A DNA stretch of 64,000 bases from Trichosphaerium sp. ATCC 40318 (lineage: Eukaryota; Protista; Tubulinea): contig JALMLS010000076.1 in assembly GCA_038496445.1 (NCBI GenBank), positions 124,001-188,000 of the forward strand. Reading direction: 5' to 3'. The notes beneath the pieces are model-generated. The model was not told the DNA's origin, made no database searches, and saw nothing but the letters and a program-made list of their open reading frames with translations. This document shows positions 25,505 to 41,527 of this stretch, in pieces; the stretch's first letter is position 1, and every line of letters starts with the position of its first letter. The position numbers and the translations under genes are program-made.

Positions 25505-26176
25505 AAAACCATTAAAAAAAATTACTCACTGACATACAACTCTTGTTAATAATAAATACATTGTTGTACACAAAAAAACATCAGTTTACTTCCACCTCTA
25601 TCAATTGTGTAGTCATAATCACCCAAAAGTGTAAGACCAAAGGAATTTTTCATTGCAGCATCTAACACTTAAACGTTAAGCTATGCTTGTTAGCATAGTG
25701 ACCTTTATCTATAACAATAGTATGAGAAAGATCTATTGTACGCAGTCCATCCGTTACTTTCACTACTTAGCTGTACCATGTCGTTTGACAATACCACATA
25801 CAAACTCAATACAAAAGTTGTTCCCCTCTATTTTTCATTAGCCTTTCCGGCTCTGTTTGAGTTTGTTGAGCGAATACTAAGTGTTTAGGTGCATTCATAG
25901 AGGGTTATGTTTTAAGGAAGAGGCGTGGCCTCCGAAAAAGTATCGCTGAGTTTTCTTGCGTTTTTGCATCCATCCTTTTTTGCTATAACAGTTTTAATGT
26001 CGTGTTGCCTTTTCTACGCACAGTCATTGCAAAACCATCCATTCTTATTTGTTTTTTGTGACATGCCGAAACCGGCTTGTGATGAATGAATTCGTCCTAA
26101 AAAGTCTATCGCAGTTTTAAGAATCAATAGTTAGCACACTGTTGCTATCGCGTGCCATCCAAGTAACACAATAACT

Positions 26177-28339
<2,163 letters not shown>

Positions 28340-29050
28340 TCTTCGTAATAAACTGATTTCTGTCCTTGGTTTAAGTCCGCCAATTTGTGGTCATTATGGA
28401 GTCGCGCCTTTGTTTGAGAAGGTATGCAATAATCACGTGCTACAAGTGAAAATACTCCAAACATAGGAACATAACTTAAAACTTTACTTACGTTGTCACG
28501 TGTTGAAGTAGTTTGCACTTTACAAAAGGTGCGCTTGTGAGAACTCATTTCTAGCTATCTTGTTATTTGATAGTATGGCTCCGACTGTGGGAGCATATCA
28601 AGCCTTTGTACCAAAAAAATGAAGCCTGCATTTCGTTTCAGCTACACTCTGCCTTGCTGTGCTGCTCTGCTCCACTGATACTTAACACGAAGTCATAGAC
28701 TTCGGTAATGTGAACCGAAAGGGACTTTTTGTGTTGCTAGTAGTAAACTTACACTCAAAAGGTTTCAGTGAAGTTAACGTGTCAGCAGATAGTGGTCGTG
28801 TAAACAGCAAAGGATTAATTTGTATTCGCTTGTTTCTAACCGATGTTACGAATAGTTTGAGGCGATACAAGCATCAAAATCTATTATGATAGAGATTTCC
28901 AGTTTAGACCACCAAAACTCTTCCTCGGTATAGAAACTACGACGTGTCGTATAGTTATTCCGACATTTTCTGGTTTTTTCTAGGTCAACTTGCTTTTGGC
29001 GCTTACAACCTACAAATCATCATAACGGCTTCTCCCGTTTACACTTGAAC

Positions 29051-32000
29051 ATGAGCCTCGCTTTAAACTTGTCTAGGGCTACAAGCAGATTTCAAGGTAC
29101 AGTAACCATAACACAGTACAGCGTACTTATATTACTAAATAGTGCACCAAAATGCGTCGGGTACGCGTTATAATGGAGGACTGTCAAAAACCAGTTACAA
29201 AGTACGCAAGCGTGCAAAATGCTTTGGTTTTAGCGCAAAGCGTGTTGTAATTACCGATTCGGTGTCTTTCAAGCATTTTAATGATTCTTGGGTAGTTCTC
29301 CACAAGATCCACTCGTAGTGCCATAAGACACGTAGCTGATGCCCCTAATACGCGAATAACGCCATACGCTGCTTTGGACACTTTCGCTCGCAGACACATT
29401 GGCCCTAAAGACGAAGATGTAAAGGCTATGTTAGAAGACATTGGAGAGAACAATGTACTAGCACTTATCTCAAAAATTGTTCCAACAGACATCATGTTGA
29501 AAAAAGACCTTGAAATTAGCGACGCTCTTGGAGAAGAGGCAACTTTAAAACGCTTAAAAGGTACTACTCCCCAAAAATATTTTTTTTGCTTTTTTCTTTT
29601 TATTTTTGTGCGTCATTTGACGCTCTCATTCTACGTTAGCTTATTGTTTGGACATTTAAAATGTGCTTAGGCGTGAAAACTTTTCTTGAACTTTCTTTTT
29701 TTTTGTTCGTTTTCGTACAACTAACTCTAAACGTTTAGAAATAATGTCCAAAAACGTTATAAACAAGTCTTTTATTGGTATGGGATACCACGATACATTA
29801 CTACCAAAAGTGATTCTACGTAATGTATTGGAGAGCCCAGCATGGTATACACCATATACACCTTATCAAGCTGAAATCTCACAAGGTACGTTGACAGATT
29901 CTTGAAATAACAAAAAAAATAACTCAGATTGAAATAAAAGTTTGTGTTTATTCTTTCCTTTTTAGGCCGCCTTGAGTCTTTGCTTAATTACCAAACAATG
30001 ATCTGTGATCTAACTGGTATGGAGATTGCCAATGCTTCATTATTAGATGAGGTACGTATACTATAGCTTCAATATACGCATACACTTTTTACCGTTTCAA
30101 TTTTTTTTTTTGGCTGTAGCTAACATTAATTTAACAGGCCACAGCAGCTGCAGAAGCAGCTATGATGTGCTTTAACCTAAGCAGACAGAAGAAGAATTAT
30201 TTTATTGTTGCTCGTGATATTCACCCACAGACTTTGGATGTACTCAGAACACGTTGCAGTAAAGTTGGTGTTCATGTTAAAGTAGTTGACATTGAGGTAC
30301 GATTCCATTTTTTTTTGTGTAAAGAGAGTGTTTAATCTTAATGTCTATCTAGAACTTGAATTTGGATGCAGATGTTAGTGCCCGTGTATGTGGTGTACTC
30401 GTACAATATCCTGGTACTACTGGTACTCTTCGAGATTTTAGTGGCTTATGTGATGTAATACACGTACGTACAAGCAACATGGGAACTTGCAACAAGTTGT
30501 TTTTTACTTACTTTTTTTTCTCTTCAGAAAAACACCTCTGGAAAGGTTGTGTTTGCTGCTGATTTACTATCATTGACACTTGTCAAATCACCAGGTGAAT
30601 TGGGAGCTGATATTGTAATTGGTACGTAAATCTTTTGAAAAACAAGTTATTTGTTTACTCATCTCCTTGTAGGCTCTGCTCAAAGATTCGGTGTACAGAT
30701 GGGATATGGTGGTCCACATGCTGCATTCTTTGCAACAAAAGATTCATTTAAGAGAGCCATGCCAGGCCGTTTGATTGGTGTATCAAAAGACGCCAATGGT
30801 AAGAGAGCATTGCGTATGGCATTACAAACAAGAGAACAACATATCAGGTGCGATAAATGATAAAAACAACTTGATCTACTTTTGAACATCCCGTTCATTT
30901 AATACTAACGTTCGCGTAGGCGAGACAAAGCTACAAGTAATATTTGTACTGCTCAAGTACTCTTGGCTAATATTGCTGCGATGTATGGTGTCTACCATGG
31001 TCCTCAAGGATTAAAGTACGTCATAGTAGTCCAAATCGTGCCTATTTCTGTTGGTATGGAAGCCATGATTTATTGATTGCTTTACCTTTAGAGACATTGC
31101 TATGAAAGTACACTTACAAGCACGTACTTTTGCTTTGGCCTTAGAAAAGTTGGAATTCAAGATTTACGCAAACATATTTTTTGATACTTTAAAGTACGTG
31201 AAACCTTTCGAGACAGTTTAACGCAGCAAAATCAAGAAAAGTTTTTCGAGTAGACATTAGGCAGAATCCGGATTTTGCAAGTTTTATTTGCTGTAGTTTT
31301 GTTTAACATTCTTCTAGGATTGGTGTAAGTGATGTAGAAGCTGTTGTAGAATCTTGTATAAAATATGGATGCAATGTTCGCGTAATAGATGAATTAAGCG
31401 TTTGCGTTAGCTTTGATGAAGCTAAAACAAGGGTACAACCAACAATAGCCTTGCCTTTGATTATTTCTTATTTTGATGATTTTCGCCTTTAGGAAGACTG
31501 CGAGAACCTCCTAAGAGGATTTATAGAGTCTGGTGTCAAGGGAGACTTAAATGTAGATATATCACAAGCACTTAAAGACGCAGAAAAGGAAGTTATGGAA
31601 GCGTGCGTTTTTTCTCAGTTTAATTCAATGAAAAAGACTTGATGACATTTTGTTTTATTCGTACTTGTGTACTTACTTTATAAAAAGTGATAAATCCAAG
31701 TTTTTCCCTGGATTAGAGCGATCTACTGAGTTTATGACTCACCCAGTATTCAACTCTCATCATTCTGAGACACAAATGCTGCGTTACATATATAACTTGC
31801 AAACAAAGGATTTGGGCTTACAAAATGCAATGATTCCACTTGGTACGCACAACAGTGAAATTAGAACAGTTTTTTACAAGTGTCACTTCCTTTTGTTCAC
31901 TGAAAATACTCTTCTTCACATTGTAGCTCAGTTCTATTGACTTATTTTGTTTAGGTTCATGTACTATGAAATTGAACGCTACAGCAGAGATGATACCTGT

Positions 32001-34185
32001 CACATGGCCAGAAGTAGGGCAATTGCACCCATTTGTGCCTAGTTCTCAATCCAAAGGTAAAACCTTTTTTTTTTTGAATTTTTCTGGTTCTTGTTTATAG
32101 CTATTGAAGTTTCGAAATACTTTTTGATCTGTTTTCTTATACTTCTTTTAAGGTTATGCTATCATGCTTGAAGAATTAAAGCGTGATCTATGCGAAATTA
32201 CCGGATTTGCAGATATGTCACTTCAACCAAACTCTGGAGCTCAAGGAGAGTATACTGGTCTTCTATGTATTGCAGAGTATCATAAGAGCAGAGATGAAGA
32301 ACACAGAAATGTCTGTCTGATCCCTGTATCTGCTCATGGCACCAACCCTGCCAGTGCTCAAATGGCTGGTGCGTCAACAGTTTTTTAGAAGTTTGACATG
32401 CCTTCCTTCAACCTCATCATCTTTGTTGGATGATTAATGCTCCTTCATTTCTAAATTTGTTTCTAGGTATGTTAGTTAAGACTGTTCAATGTGTTGATGG
32501 CGAGATTGATATTGACGATCTTCGGTACGAAAACAACAAGTGAAGAGACCGTAGAAATCTAACAAACCCTTTTTTAGAGTAAAAGCTAAGAAGTACGCTG
32601 GTAACTTAGGTGCTTTGATGGTTACCTACCCATCAACCTATGGTGTATTTGAGCAACGTATTCGTGAGATATGTCAAATAGTACATGATAACGGTGGTCA
32701 AGTTTACCTTGACGGAGCTAACCTTAATGGTACGCCAAATGTTTTTTTTTCGTTTCAAACATATGTTCTTATTTATTATTAGCTCAACTCGGTCTTTGTC
32801 GTCCTGGTGATTACGGTGCTGATGTGTGCCACTTGAACCTTCATAAAACATTTTGTATCCCTCACGGCGGTGGTGGTCCTGGTATGGGTCCTATTGGTGT
32901 AGCTCAACAGTACGTTCAAAGCCTGTTTTTTTTCGAATGGAATACGAGAAGAACTTGAAACTGACTTCTTTCTTTAAAGCTTGGCAGAGTTCTTACCTAG
33001 ACACGTTTGTGATAATCAAGTTGGTGGTGAAGGTGGTATAACAGCTGTATCTGCTGCCCCATATGGAAGTAGTTCTATTTTACCTATTAGTTGGGTATTT
33101 ATTAAAATGATGGGTCCTGAAGGTGCGTCAGATAACCATTAATTTTTGTTTTGTTTTCTTTTCCTATTTTTTTCTGTTATTGATTGCTTATGTGCTTTTG
33201 CTCTTTAGGTATCCGTCAAGCTGGTCAACTAGCTATAATTAGTGCCAATTATATCTGTAAAAAACTTGAAGAACACTATACAGTTCTATACAGGGTACGT
33301 TAGCTGTCGCTGGTGAACCAAAATGCCAAACTAGTTAAATGCTGTTTTCGAAGTTTGTTTTTTTATTTTTTGGTCACTGTTCTCAAACTGACGTTGTCTT
33401 TTTACAGGGAAAAGACGGATATGTTGCACATGAATTCATCATTGATATGAAACCTTTCAAGAAATTCGGAATTGAAGCAGAAGATGTTGCAAAGCGCTTA
33501 ATGGACTTTAACTTCCATGCACCTACAATGAGCTTCCCTGTTGTCAATACTCTTATGATTGAGCCTACAGAGTCTGAACCAAAATCAGAACTTGATAGAT
33601 TCATAGAAGCTATGATCACCATCAGGTAAGCGCGAAAAAAAAAGCGAAAACACATGGATTTAACTCGCTTTTTCAAAAAACATTTGTTCTTTGTTACTAA
33701 ACTTTACTGTAGACAAGAGATTAAAGAAATCGAGGATGGTCACATAGAAGCAAAAGACAGCGTATTGAAGCATGCACCACATACCCAACAAGTAGTATCA
33801 GCAACGTACGTTGTCATCTATAATCAAAAAAAAACCCAAAAAAAGAAAAAAATTAAATGAAGTTTTTACTTCGTTAGTAGCACGTGCTATGCTTTTTTTT
33901 TAAATTTCAGGTGCATGATTAGTAAATTAAATGTACTGATAAAGCGCTCAATATATTGCTTTTATTTTATTTCATTCAAGAGCTCAGACTGAGTTTTATA
34001 ATTTTTTTTTCGCTTATTGTTTTTCTAGAAAATGGGAAAGGAAATACCAAAGAGAAAAGGGAGCATACCCTCTACCTTACTTGGTAGAAAACAAATCATG
34101 GCCTACAGTATCACGTATTGATAACGTATATGGTGACAAAAACCTTATTTGTTCATGCCCACCAATGGAGGAATATGAAGAATAA
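29051..34185 (+). CDS. GLDC: Mitochondrial glycine decarboxylase (glycine cleavage P protein), 23 introns in this model
   Basis: Transit peptide, [115 protein letters not shown] (PLP Lys), [20 protein letters not shown]. Confidence 0.98.
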
Positions 34186-35256
34186 GAGGTTGATTGGAAC
34201 TCAAAAGATCTCGTGAAAAAGAGGTCAACATATTTTTTGAAGATATACATATAATGTAGAGAGGATATTTTGGAGAGGCGGGTTTGGAATAGTATAAAGT
34301 GAATCTTGTATACAATGTTTATTTACTTTGTACTATTACTAGTTGTTATTTGTTTCGTGATTTCACGATTTTTTTTCATTTTTTTTTCATTTGTTTTTGT
34401 TTCCTATGTAGATACGCAACTCTGGAGCTCTTTAAATGTAATGATAGCATACAATGTTTCCGCATTTATATGCCACCGCATTGGTTATAACCATCAGCTC
34501 AATAGCTGCTTGGCATGCCTAAATTAAGTAAGTCAGGTGTAAAAGCAGAAATGCAGAAAGAAAAAAGATGGTACCAAACAAACACGTTGCAGAAGGAAAT
34601 GGTCATCATTGTTCTACCACCCAAATCATGCACCTATTGTGTCAAGTTACTAACACCAATATGTGCGTGGATTGGCAGGAAAACACAATAATGTTCAGGG
34701 TCGGTTTGTCAAAAAAGTGGCTTGATTATTGTGTTTTCTTAACAGTACTGGTGAAATTATTCTTGGTATTTGCATCATTATTGACTTTATTTGATTCGTC
34801 ATGAAACATTTTGTTGACGTGCAATGTTGTAATGTTCTAGGAACCACATGAATTTCATCAGAACAAAAACTACTACAAAACTACCAAAAATACCCGAAGC
34901 TTGATAGTGGGTGGTAAATCAAACCATAAAGCTAGTTTGCAGTAAGTGGGCCTAGTACACAAATTAGTCTCGCCTTGAAAGCTTAGCTTGGAGAAAGACG
35001 GAAGGGTACAAACAACATAAGACCGTTTCTCTGAAAATGTTCACACTTAACTTTCGTAGAGACTATTTCTCCGGAACCGTCATTTTTCCTTTAATGCCAA
35101 CAACACAACTAAATTTTGTGCCTTCCAAACTTCATAAAAAGAGCGTAATTTTAATGAGATAATGAGAACTAAAAAAAGGTTGTTCACGAGACAACACAAT
35201 GACTTTTTCTGACTCGAATGTCCGCCAAGGTAAAACAAAATTTAAAGTTGTTTCAC

Positions 35257-37331
35257 ATGAAAATGCAAGTTGCAGTGTGCGGTGTTACCTTCATCATACT
35301 AATTACTTATGCATCATGCCAAACGTTTGTAACGGATACAAAAGCAGTAATAACGTGTTTTAATGGCTGTGAAAATATTTCTGCTGTTTTCGCTTGGTGG
35401 AGCAAACCAGCCACTAAAACTATTCGCGGAACACTACAACAAGCAGAATACAACGGATGCGAGCTATTAAATCCAGAAAGACTCAATGGTAATCACGGTT
35501 CAATCAGTATAAAAAAAATTCATAAATTGTCACGTTCTAAACTAAATTATACGCTTAGATTCTACAATAGTATACATCTCAGAGGAGTCAAGTACATGTA
35601 AAAGCATGCTAAGAAAATTAATACCTGTACAAATCTCTCAAGCTCAAGAAAAAGGCGCTATAGCATTCGTTGTTATTGTAGGTATGTCATATATACGTCT
35701 TACTCAAAAGGAGTTGTAAGGTAACCATTTTTAGATAAATTTCCTAAAGAGCAGATAGCAACGGCCCGTATTGGTATTCCAGTCGTTCTAGTGCTTCGAG
35801 GGACAATAGGGAACATATCTGCTATATCTGAGATTGAAATAAACCCAACTAACCCAAATGGTAAGTCACGTTTCTTTTTTTTCTATTTGTTGTCAAAAGG
35901 GTCACGTGGTTTAGACGAACTTACTTTTTTTTTTCGTAGTATTGTCATCGTATAATACTTTTTCTCGTTTATGGAGTACTACGGAGGTATTGTTTCCAAT
36001 ACTGTTCATTTCATACTTTGTCTATGCATTCATGGTGCTTATGCTAAGGCAAATAAGAAAGTACAAAGGACACACCTCTTCGTATGCTGCGAACCCTTAC
36101 TCTTCTTTGTTATTGGATATCACAATGTTGGCTGTAATGTGGGCAAGCCTGGGTATGTGTAAACAGAATAAGTAATGTCTTGTTTTAAACGAATTTGTCA
36201 AACCGGCAAAGAGAATTCAGCACGTGAAAATTTTTCTGAACACGTGAATGGTATTTTTACTTTTACCACAATTGCTTTGCAGCACCTTTTTTGTTGTCTT
36301 GTATGACTTATTTTTAAATTAGAAAGAGCCCTACATATATCTATAGATTATTACGGGTTCAACGGATATCACATGCCTTCCATGTATCTATTTCATGTAT
36401 CAGCGGACTGTGCATTACTAGCAGTGGTCTATTTTACAGCAGCGTATTGGTACTGACAAAAAGAAAAGAAAACTTGCAGCCATTTATTCTTTGTTTCGTA
36501 GGATGCTATCTGCCCTAAACAATCATCCGATATTCACCCAAAAAAGGATAATTATTTCAACATACTCTTTTGTCGTCATCACTACTATTCTGATAATGGG
36601 ACTAAGATTATACTTAGTAATAGTAAAAAAGTAAGAAACCAGTTTTTTTGTTTGTCTGAGATGGATTACCACTAACAACCTATATCTCTAGAGCCGGTAT
36701 AATATTCGCGTTGGAAGTAGTACTTAAAGTGTTAGCCATTGTAATTATAACTACGGTATTCCTTGTACGTACAGAAAGCAACAGCAACATTATTATTTTT
36801 TATGCCAGGCTTTTCTTTGTGTATTTGTGACATTCACTATTTAGATAAGTGGTATTACCGTTTATGTCAAAATACAGAAAGTTTCCGCAAAAAATAAGAC
36901 ATCTCAAGTAGCAGTGAAAAGAGTACGAAGAAAAATAATACGTTGGACTTGTCCGACAAGATTCTCTTTTTTTCTTATTATTTCTCGTTTTCTGTTCACA
37001 AAGCTGTTGTTCCTTACAGAGGTACTAGGTCACAAGATGTCTGATTGCTACAGCAACTGTTGGATTGATATATACGTTTGTACTTATCTTAAAAACGGCT
37101 CTTGGTTCAAGGCTTGTTTTTTGGATATTCCTTCAACGTGGATTAGAATTAATACTATTGGGATCTATTTTTAGCTATTATGCACCTTTATGGAGTATGA
37201 TTAAACTTATTGGAAGAGCAGCAACATCTACTAGATCATCTCTTTCTGGAAAAACATCTAAGGATCAATATAATAGTGCTATAAGAACGCCAAGACCACA
37301 AGAAGAAGAAACAAAAGTAAGGGTGGTTTAA
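35257..37331 (+). CDS. PA-domain - 7TM receptor-like protein, paralog A
   Basis: Signal peptide, PA-like motifs AQEKGAIAFVVIV and IGIPVVLV, linker INPTNPN, seven hydrophobic segments, and a Ser/Thr-rich tail. Confidence 0.75.
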
Positions 37332-37654
37332 GAACTTGGCTGGAAAAATAACAGGAAAATGCGGGTTTGTTAGGCTACGTAGATGATTAATTGTAAAGGT
37401 GTAATTGTAACTATCAGTAAAAGTATTTGTAGACTAAACTAAGTGGAAGTTAGAAGCCTCTGGAAGGTGTCAAAATTTATTGAATAAATAACATAAATTG
37501 TACATATAGCGTGAATAGAAGTAAACAGAGTGGAACTTAAACTGAATATCAAGTGACTGTACATCCAAAAAAGGGCGCATAATAGCAAGGGTAGCGCCCT
37601 TTATAAATTGGGCGTATGGCAAGTAGTCGCTGAAAACAAGTCATTTGATTATTG

Positions 37655-39710
37655 CTATGATATCCAATCAACATCACTTTTGAAAAGTTGTTGTTGTTCG
37701 TTTTCTTTCTCTTCTTTTTCTGCTTCTCCTTCGTTGCTTTTTTCTTCTTCTTTGGCACTCTTCTCTTTTTTAGAACTTGATAATGCCTTTCTTTTGTTTT
37801 TAAACAGTTGGAGCTCTTTGTGGTAACTCTCAGCAAGTGAGATTGCTTTGAGTAAAATATTTTTGATACTCTTTGCTTGCTCTTCTGAAACACGTTTCTT
37901 TACACCATCAAACATGCCTTTTGAAAAAACCTTCTGTGCTTGCTTAGGTAAACGAATTTTAACCTTATTATATATTAAAACAACCACCTCATACGTGATA
38001 CATGAAAGTTGCACCTAATCAACAAACTTGTTAGAAGTTTCCATTCAAATCTTCCAAAAAAAAAAAGCCAGAGATTTTCTTCACTATTTTTAGATCGTCT
38101 CGCTGTAGACACGTGCTTGAGTTTTACCACAAAAAAAGAAAACTTAAATATGTACCTGAGAAAACTCCTTTAGGAAGAAAATAAGAATGTCATAGTTTAA
38201 TAGATTATGAAACATAGAAATCCACATCATTTGAGGTATAGTGTTGACATCTTTCTTTAAATCGTGGTAAAGACTTTTCATTTGTTCATAGTTTTTTGTT
38301 TTTGTGTATGCACAAAATAGCCCCGTCCTAATCTTTGTAGATAAATCACCACGACCTTTAATACAAAGTGTTTCAAACTCTTTAAGTTGTTTGGACTTGG
38401 CACCACAAGAAAATAGGTAAAAAGCAACAGATGTATAGGCACCTTCTGCTAACTTTAACCCACAATCAATCGCATATTTATACAGTTTGAGTAATTCCTC
38501 AGGATCTAAGAAATCCCATTAGTTACTATTTAAGACCTACACACATTCAAAGACACGTGTTTACCAACAAGAGATTAAGACTTGTCAAACGTAAAACAAA
38601 AAAAAAAAGAGAAAAAAATTGCACGGGAACTGTTTTTGGTGCTTAATTCACATACCATTACGCCTAGCACATGCCTCCAGCGCATACTTGAACGTATTAC
38701 CAGATATCTTAAAAGATGTTTTCTTGTTGATTTTCTCGTATGCCTCAATCAGACAATCAACAGATACCTTTGATTCTTGTTCAATATAAACCTTTAGCAA
38801 ACTTTCCTCTGCTCGTTCCCTTTTCCTTTTATTGTTACCACCATCCTCTAAACCATCAAGATAGGTACCCATAACCTCCCTTGCAAGTTCAATCATATTT
38901 AACTTGTTTGCACAATGCATTAGGCTTGACAGAACTCCCGTATTCAGCACCTTTAGCTCAACTAAAACTTGATATATTTTCAATAAATGTTTTTCCTTAT
39001 CTATCTTATCAAGCACCATAGAGATAAGAACAACTTTCTTAGTATCATCACAATCACTACTCTTTAATATCTCTTCACACAATTCTATACCTTTATCGAC
39101 ATCTCCTGCGCGTAGTAACTCATATAAACGTACAACTGGCCTTCTTAGTTTTTCACTGAATATTTCTTTTGTTTTTGTTATTAGTTTATCATTGTTTCCG
39201 TTTCCGTCCATAATGCGCATAAATAAATTATCTGTTAAAAGTTCGTGATGTGTTTTTGATGACATTTCCGTCAAGTATTCTAGAAATGACGTTTTATCAT
39301 CTCCCATTGTTTGCAGTAGCGTTCTAACAAGTGAGTAGGACTCTGTCTCTCCGAAAGGCTCTTTCACATCTGTGAGGATACTATCCAACTCTTTCTGTGC
39401 TAGGTCGATGTTTTTGATTGATGGCATGTATTTCCAGTACGCTTTTACCACGTTAGTGCCGCCTAAAGCTTTTTTATCCTCGTAGTCTTTCTGAAGCGCT
39501 TCTGGTCTATTAAAACGTTAATTTAAGCGAAAAAATGTGCGAAGGGACTAACGTTTTGCCATTAAACTGTCTTTTACGCTCAGATTTATAGTTTCGCCTC
39601 GTTTCTCGCTTATTTAACGTAAACACGCGACCATAAAACTAAATACGCACATTAAGAGTGAGAATCTGGTCGCTGGTACATAACCGCGAACAAGATGCTA
39701 ATTTAAGCAT
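37655..39710 (-). CDS. Probably mitochondrial helical-repeat (PPR-like) protein
   Basis: Arg-rich transit-like start MLKLASCSRLC...RRNY. PPR-like segments include VLSSLMHCANKLNMIELAREV, TFKYALEACARRNG and GLFCAYTKTKNYEQMKSLYHDL. Charged C-terminal tail. Confidence 0.6.
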
Positions 39711-39932
39711 AGCTGTACCAGATTTCAACTAACGGTACAAGTACAGGCTGTATTGAGGTCAAACTAAAAAAAACTTAGTTGCCTAATTTAAGCGAGGGCT
39801 TTCGTTTTTATTGCCTATGTTCGTTCCGATGGTATCAAAAGGTACCCTCATTACTGGTTTACCTATTTGCGCTGTTTTTAAACACAAAACGAGATGTTGC
39901 AGTAAAGAAAGATGCTGACTTCTCGCTTCTAA

Positions 39933-40900
39933 ATGATGTCCTGTATTCGTGAGATGGAACCATCAAACGCTTTAGTTAAGGACAAATCGAGCGATACATC
40001 GATTTTAGACTTCCCTTCAGAGATAATCGCCAATTTACTTCAGTTTGTGGCCGTTAAGAATCGATTTGCCGTTTCTCAAAGCTGTAAACGATTATCAGAC
40101 ATCATACACCACCACGTTGGCTATGGAACAATAAAGGTTAAATCAAGTTCAGATTGCTCTGGTCTTTCAGGAAGTCCTCTTCTCAAAAACACCATCATAT
40201 CTTTTTTGTCCTTCTTGGAAGCAACAGACAAAGATCTTTCTCTTCTTTCTGGTGTTCAAACGCTATGCTTGCAATGTAACTACAACATAACAGGATCAGG
40301 ATTGATGTCTATCTGTGGTGTACGTCACTTGACTGTGGTACAGTGTACCAACATCAAATACTCAAGTATTGCACCACTTGTCAAACACCTCAAATACCTT
40401 CGTTTGTATTGGATTGATTGCAACCGTTTAGACCCTGTTGATGCAAAATTATTTGCTGGAATACCACATATTGATGTATCGCAAACTGCAATTACAGATG
40501 AAGTATTGTACTCATTAGCTGGAGTACATACAATTAATTTATCTTATTGTCAGCATATAACAGAAAAAGGTATTAAAGCTTTGGCTGGTGTTCATGCCAT
40601 AAATTTGAGATACGCATCAGTAACAGATAAGCTGTTAAAGCTTTGGTTGGTGTACACGCCATTGACCTTACAGGTTGTCATAGTATCACTGGAGAATGTA
40701 TGAAGAGTCTCGCAACTGCTCATACAATTGATTTATCAAGAACAGAGGCAACAAATGAGTGGCTTACACAAGTCCCTGATGTAAAGGTATTACACATTCA
40801 TAAGTGCCCACATGTAACGAAAGACATAAGAGAAATTCTCAAAAACACTGTAATACATGGCATATGTACTGATTGGTGGTCAAGTCTTGGTGAACCTTAG
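39933..40900 (+). CDS. Intronless F-box + LRR protein (1-nt frameshift at about 40630)
   Basis: F-box ILDFPSEIIANLLQFVAVKNRFAVSQSCKRL and repeats AGVHTINLSYCQHITEKGIKAL. ORFs 39933-40703 and 40643-40900 join if one A is added to gataagct. Confidence 0.85.
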
Positions 40901-41527
40901 TATCTTACGTAATACACTTCTGTTTGAGTATAATGAATATTCATATTCATTGCATATATTCGCTGGTATTTGGTGATAACTTTTGATTTTGAAACACTTG
41001 TCATTCTCGTGATTTTTTCTAGTAACACAGAAACTTATACTACGTATCACCATGATGTCTACTCTTAGAAAACTACAATGCTAGCTTTTTATAAACAACA
41101 AAAGCTTTCAAAGTTGTATATGGGATTTATAAATCAATCTTTCAAATAAAAAAGCCTTTTGGTTTTTTTTTCTTGTAAAAACACTTGCCATCTGAAGTTT
41201 TGTTTGTATTCCTTAATAGAAGTTGTGCTTGTATAGAGAGTTTTATGTATTAATTTTACTAGTGACGCTAGTAGTAGGAGTGACAAGTTATACTCTCAGT
41301 GTTGGAGATACCTCTGTGAAGGCTCATTCATAGCAGATGGAGAGATTTCGAATATACCATCTCTAACAGATGACGGTGGTATCTTTGAGATACATAATGA
41401 AGGGTATCGTGCGTCTCACGGGATAACTTCTACATGTAAAACAATTATATTTATTCTACTAGTAGTACATTCACAGTGTTTATACAAAAGGTTGTTTACC
41501 AACAAACCAAATTAGTGATGTCACTTT

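Noticed and set aside
41245-41515. Exon-like open stretch between the F-box gene and paralog B
   Set aside because: No start codon, no recognisable domain and no consistent splice partners.
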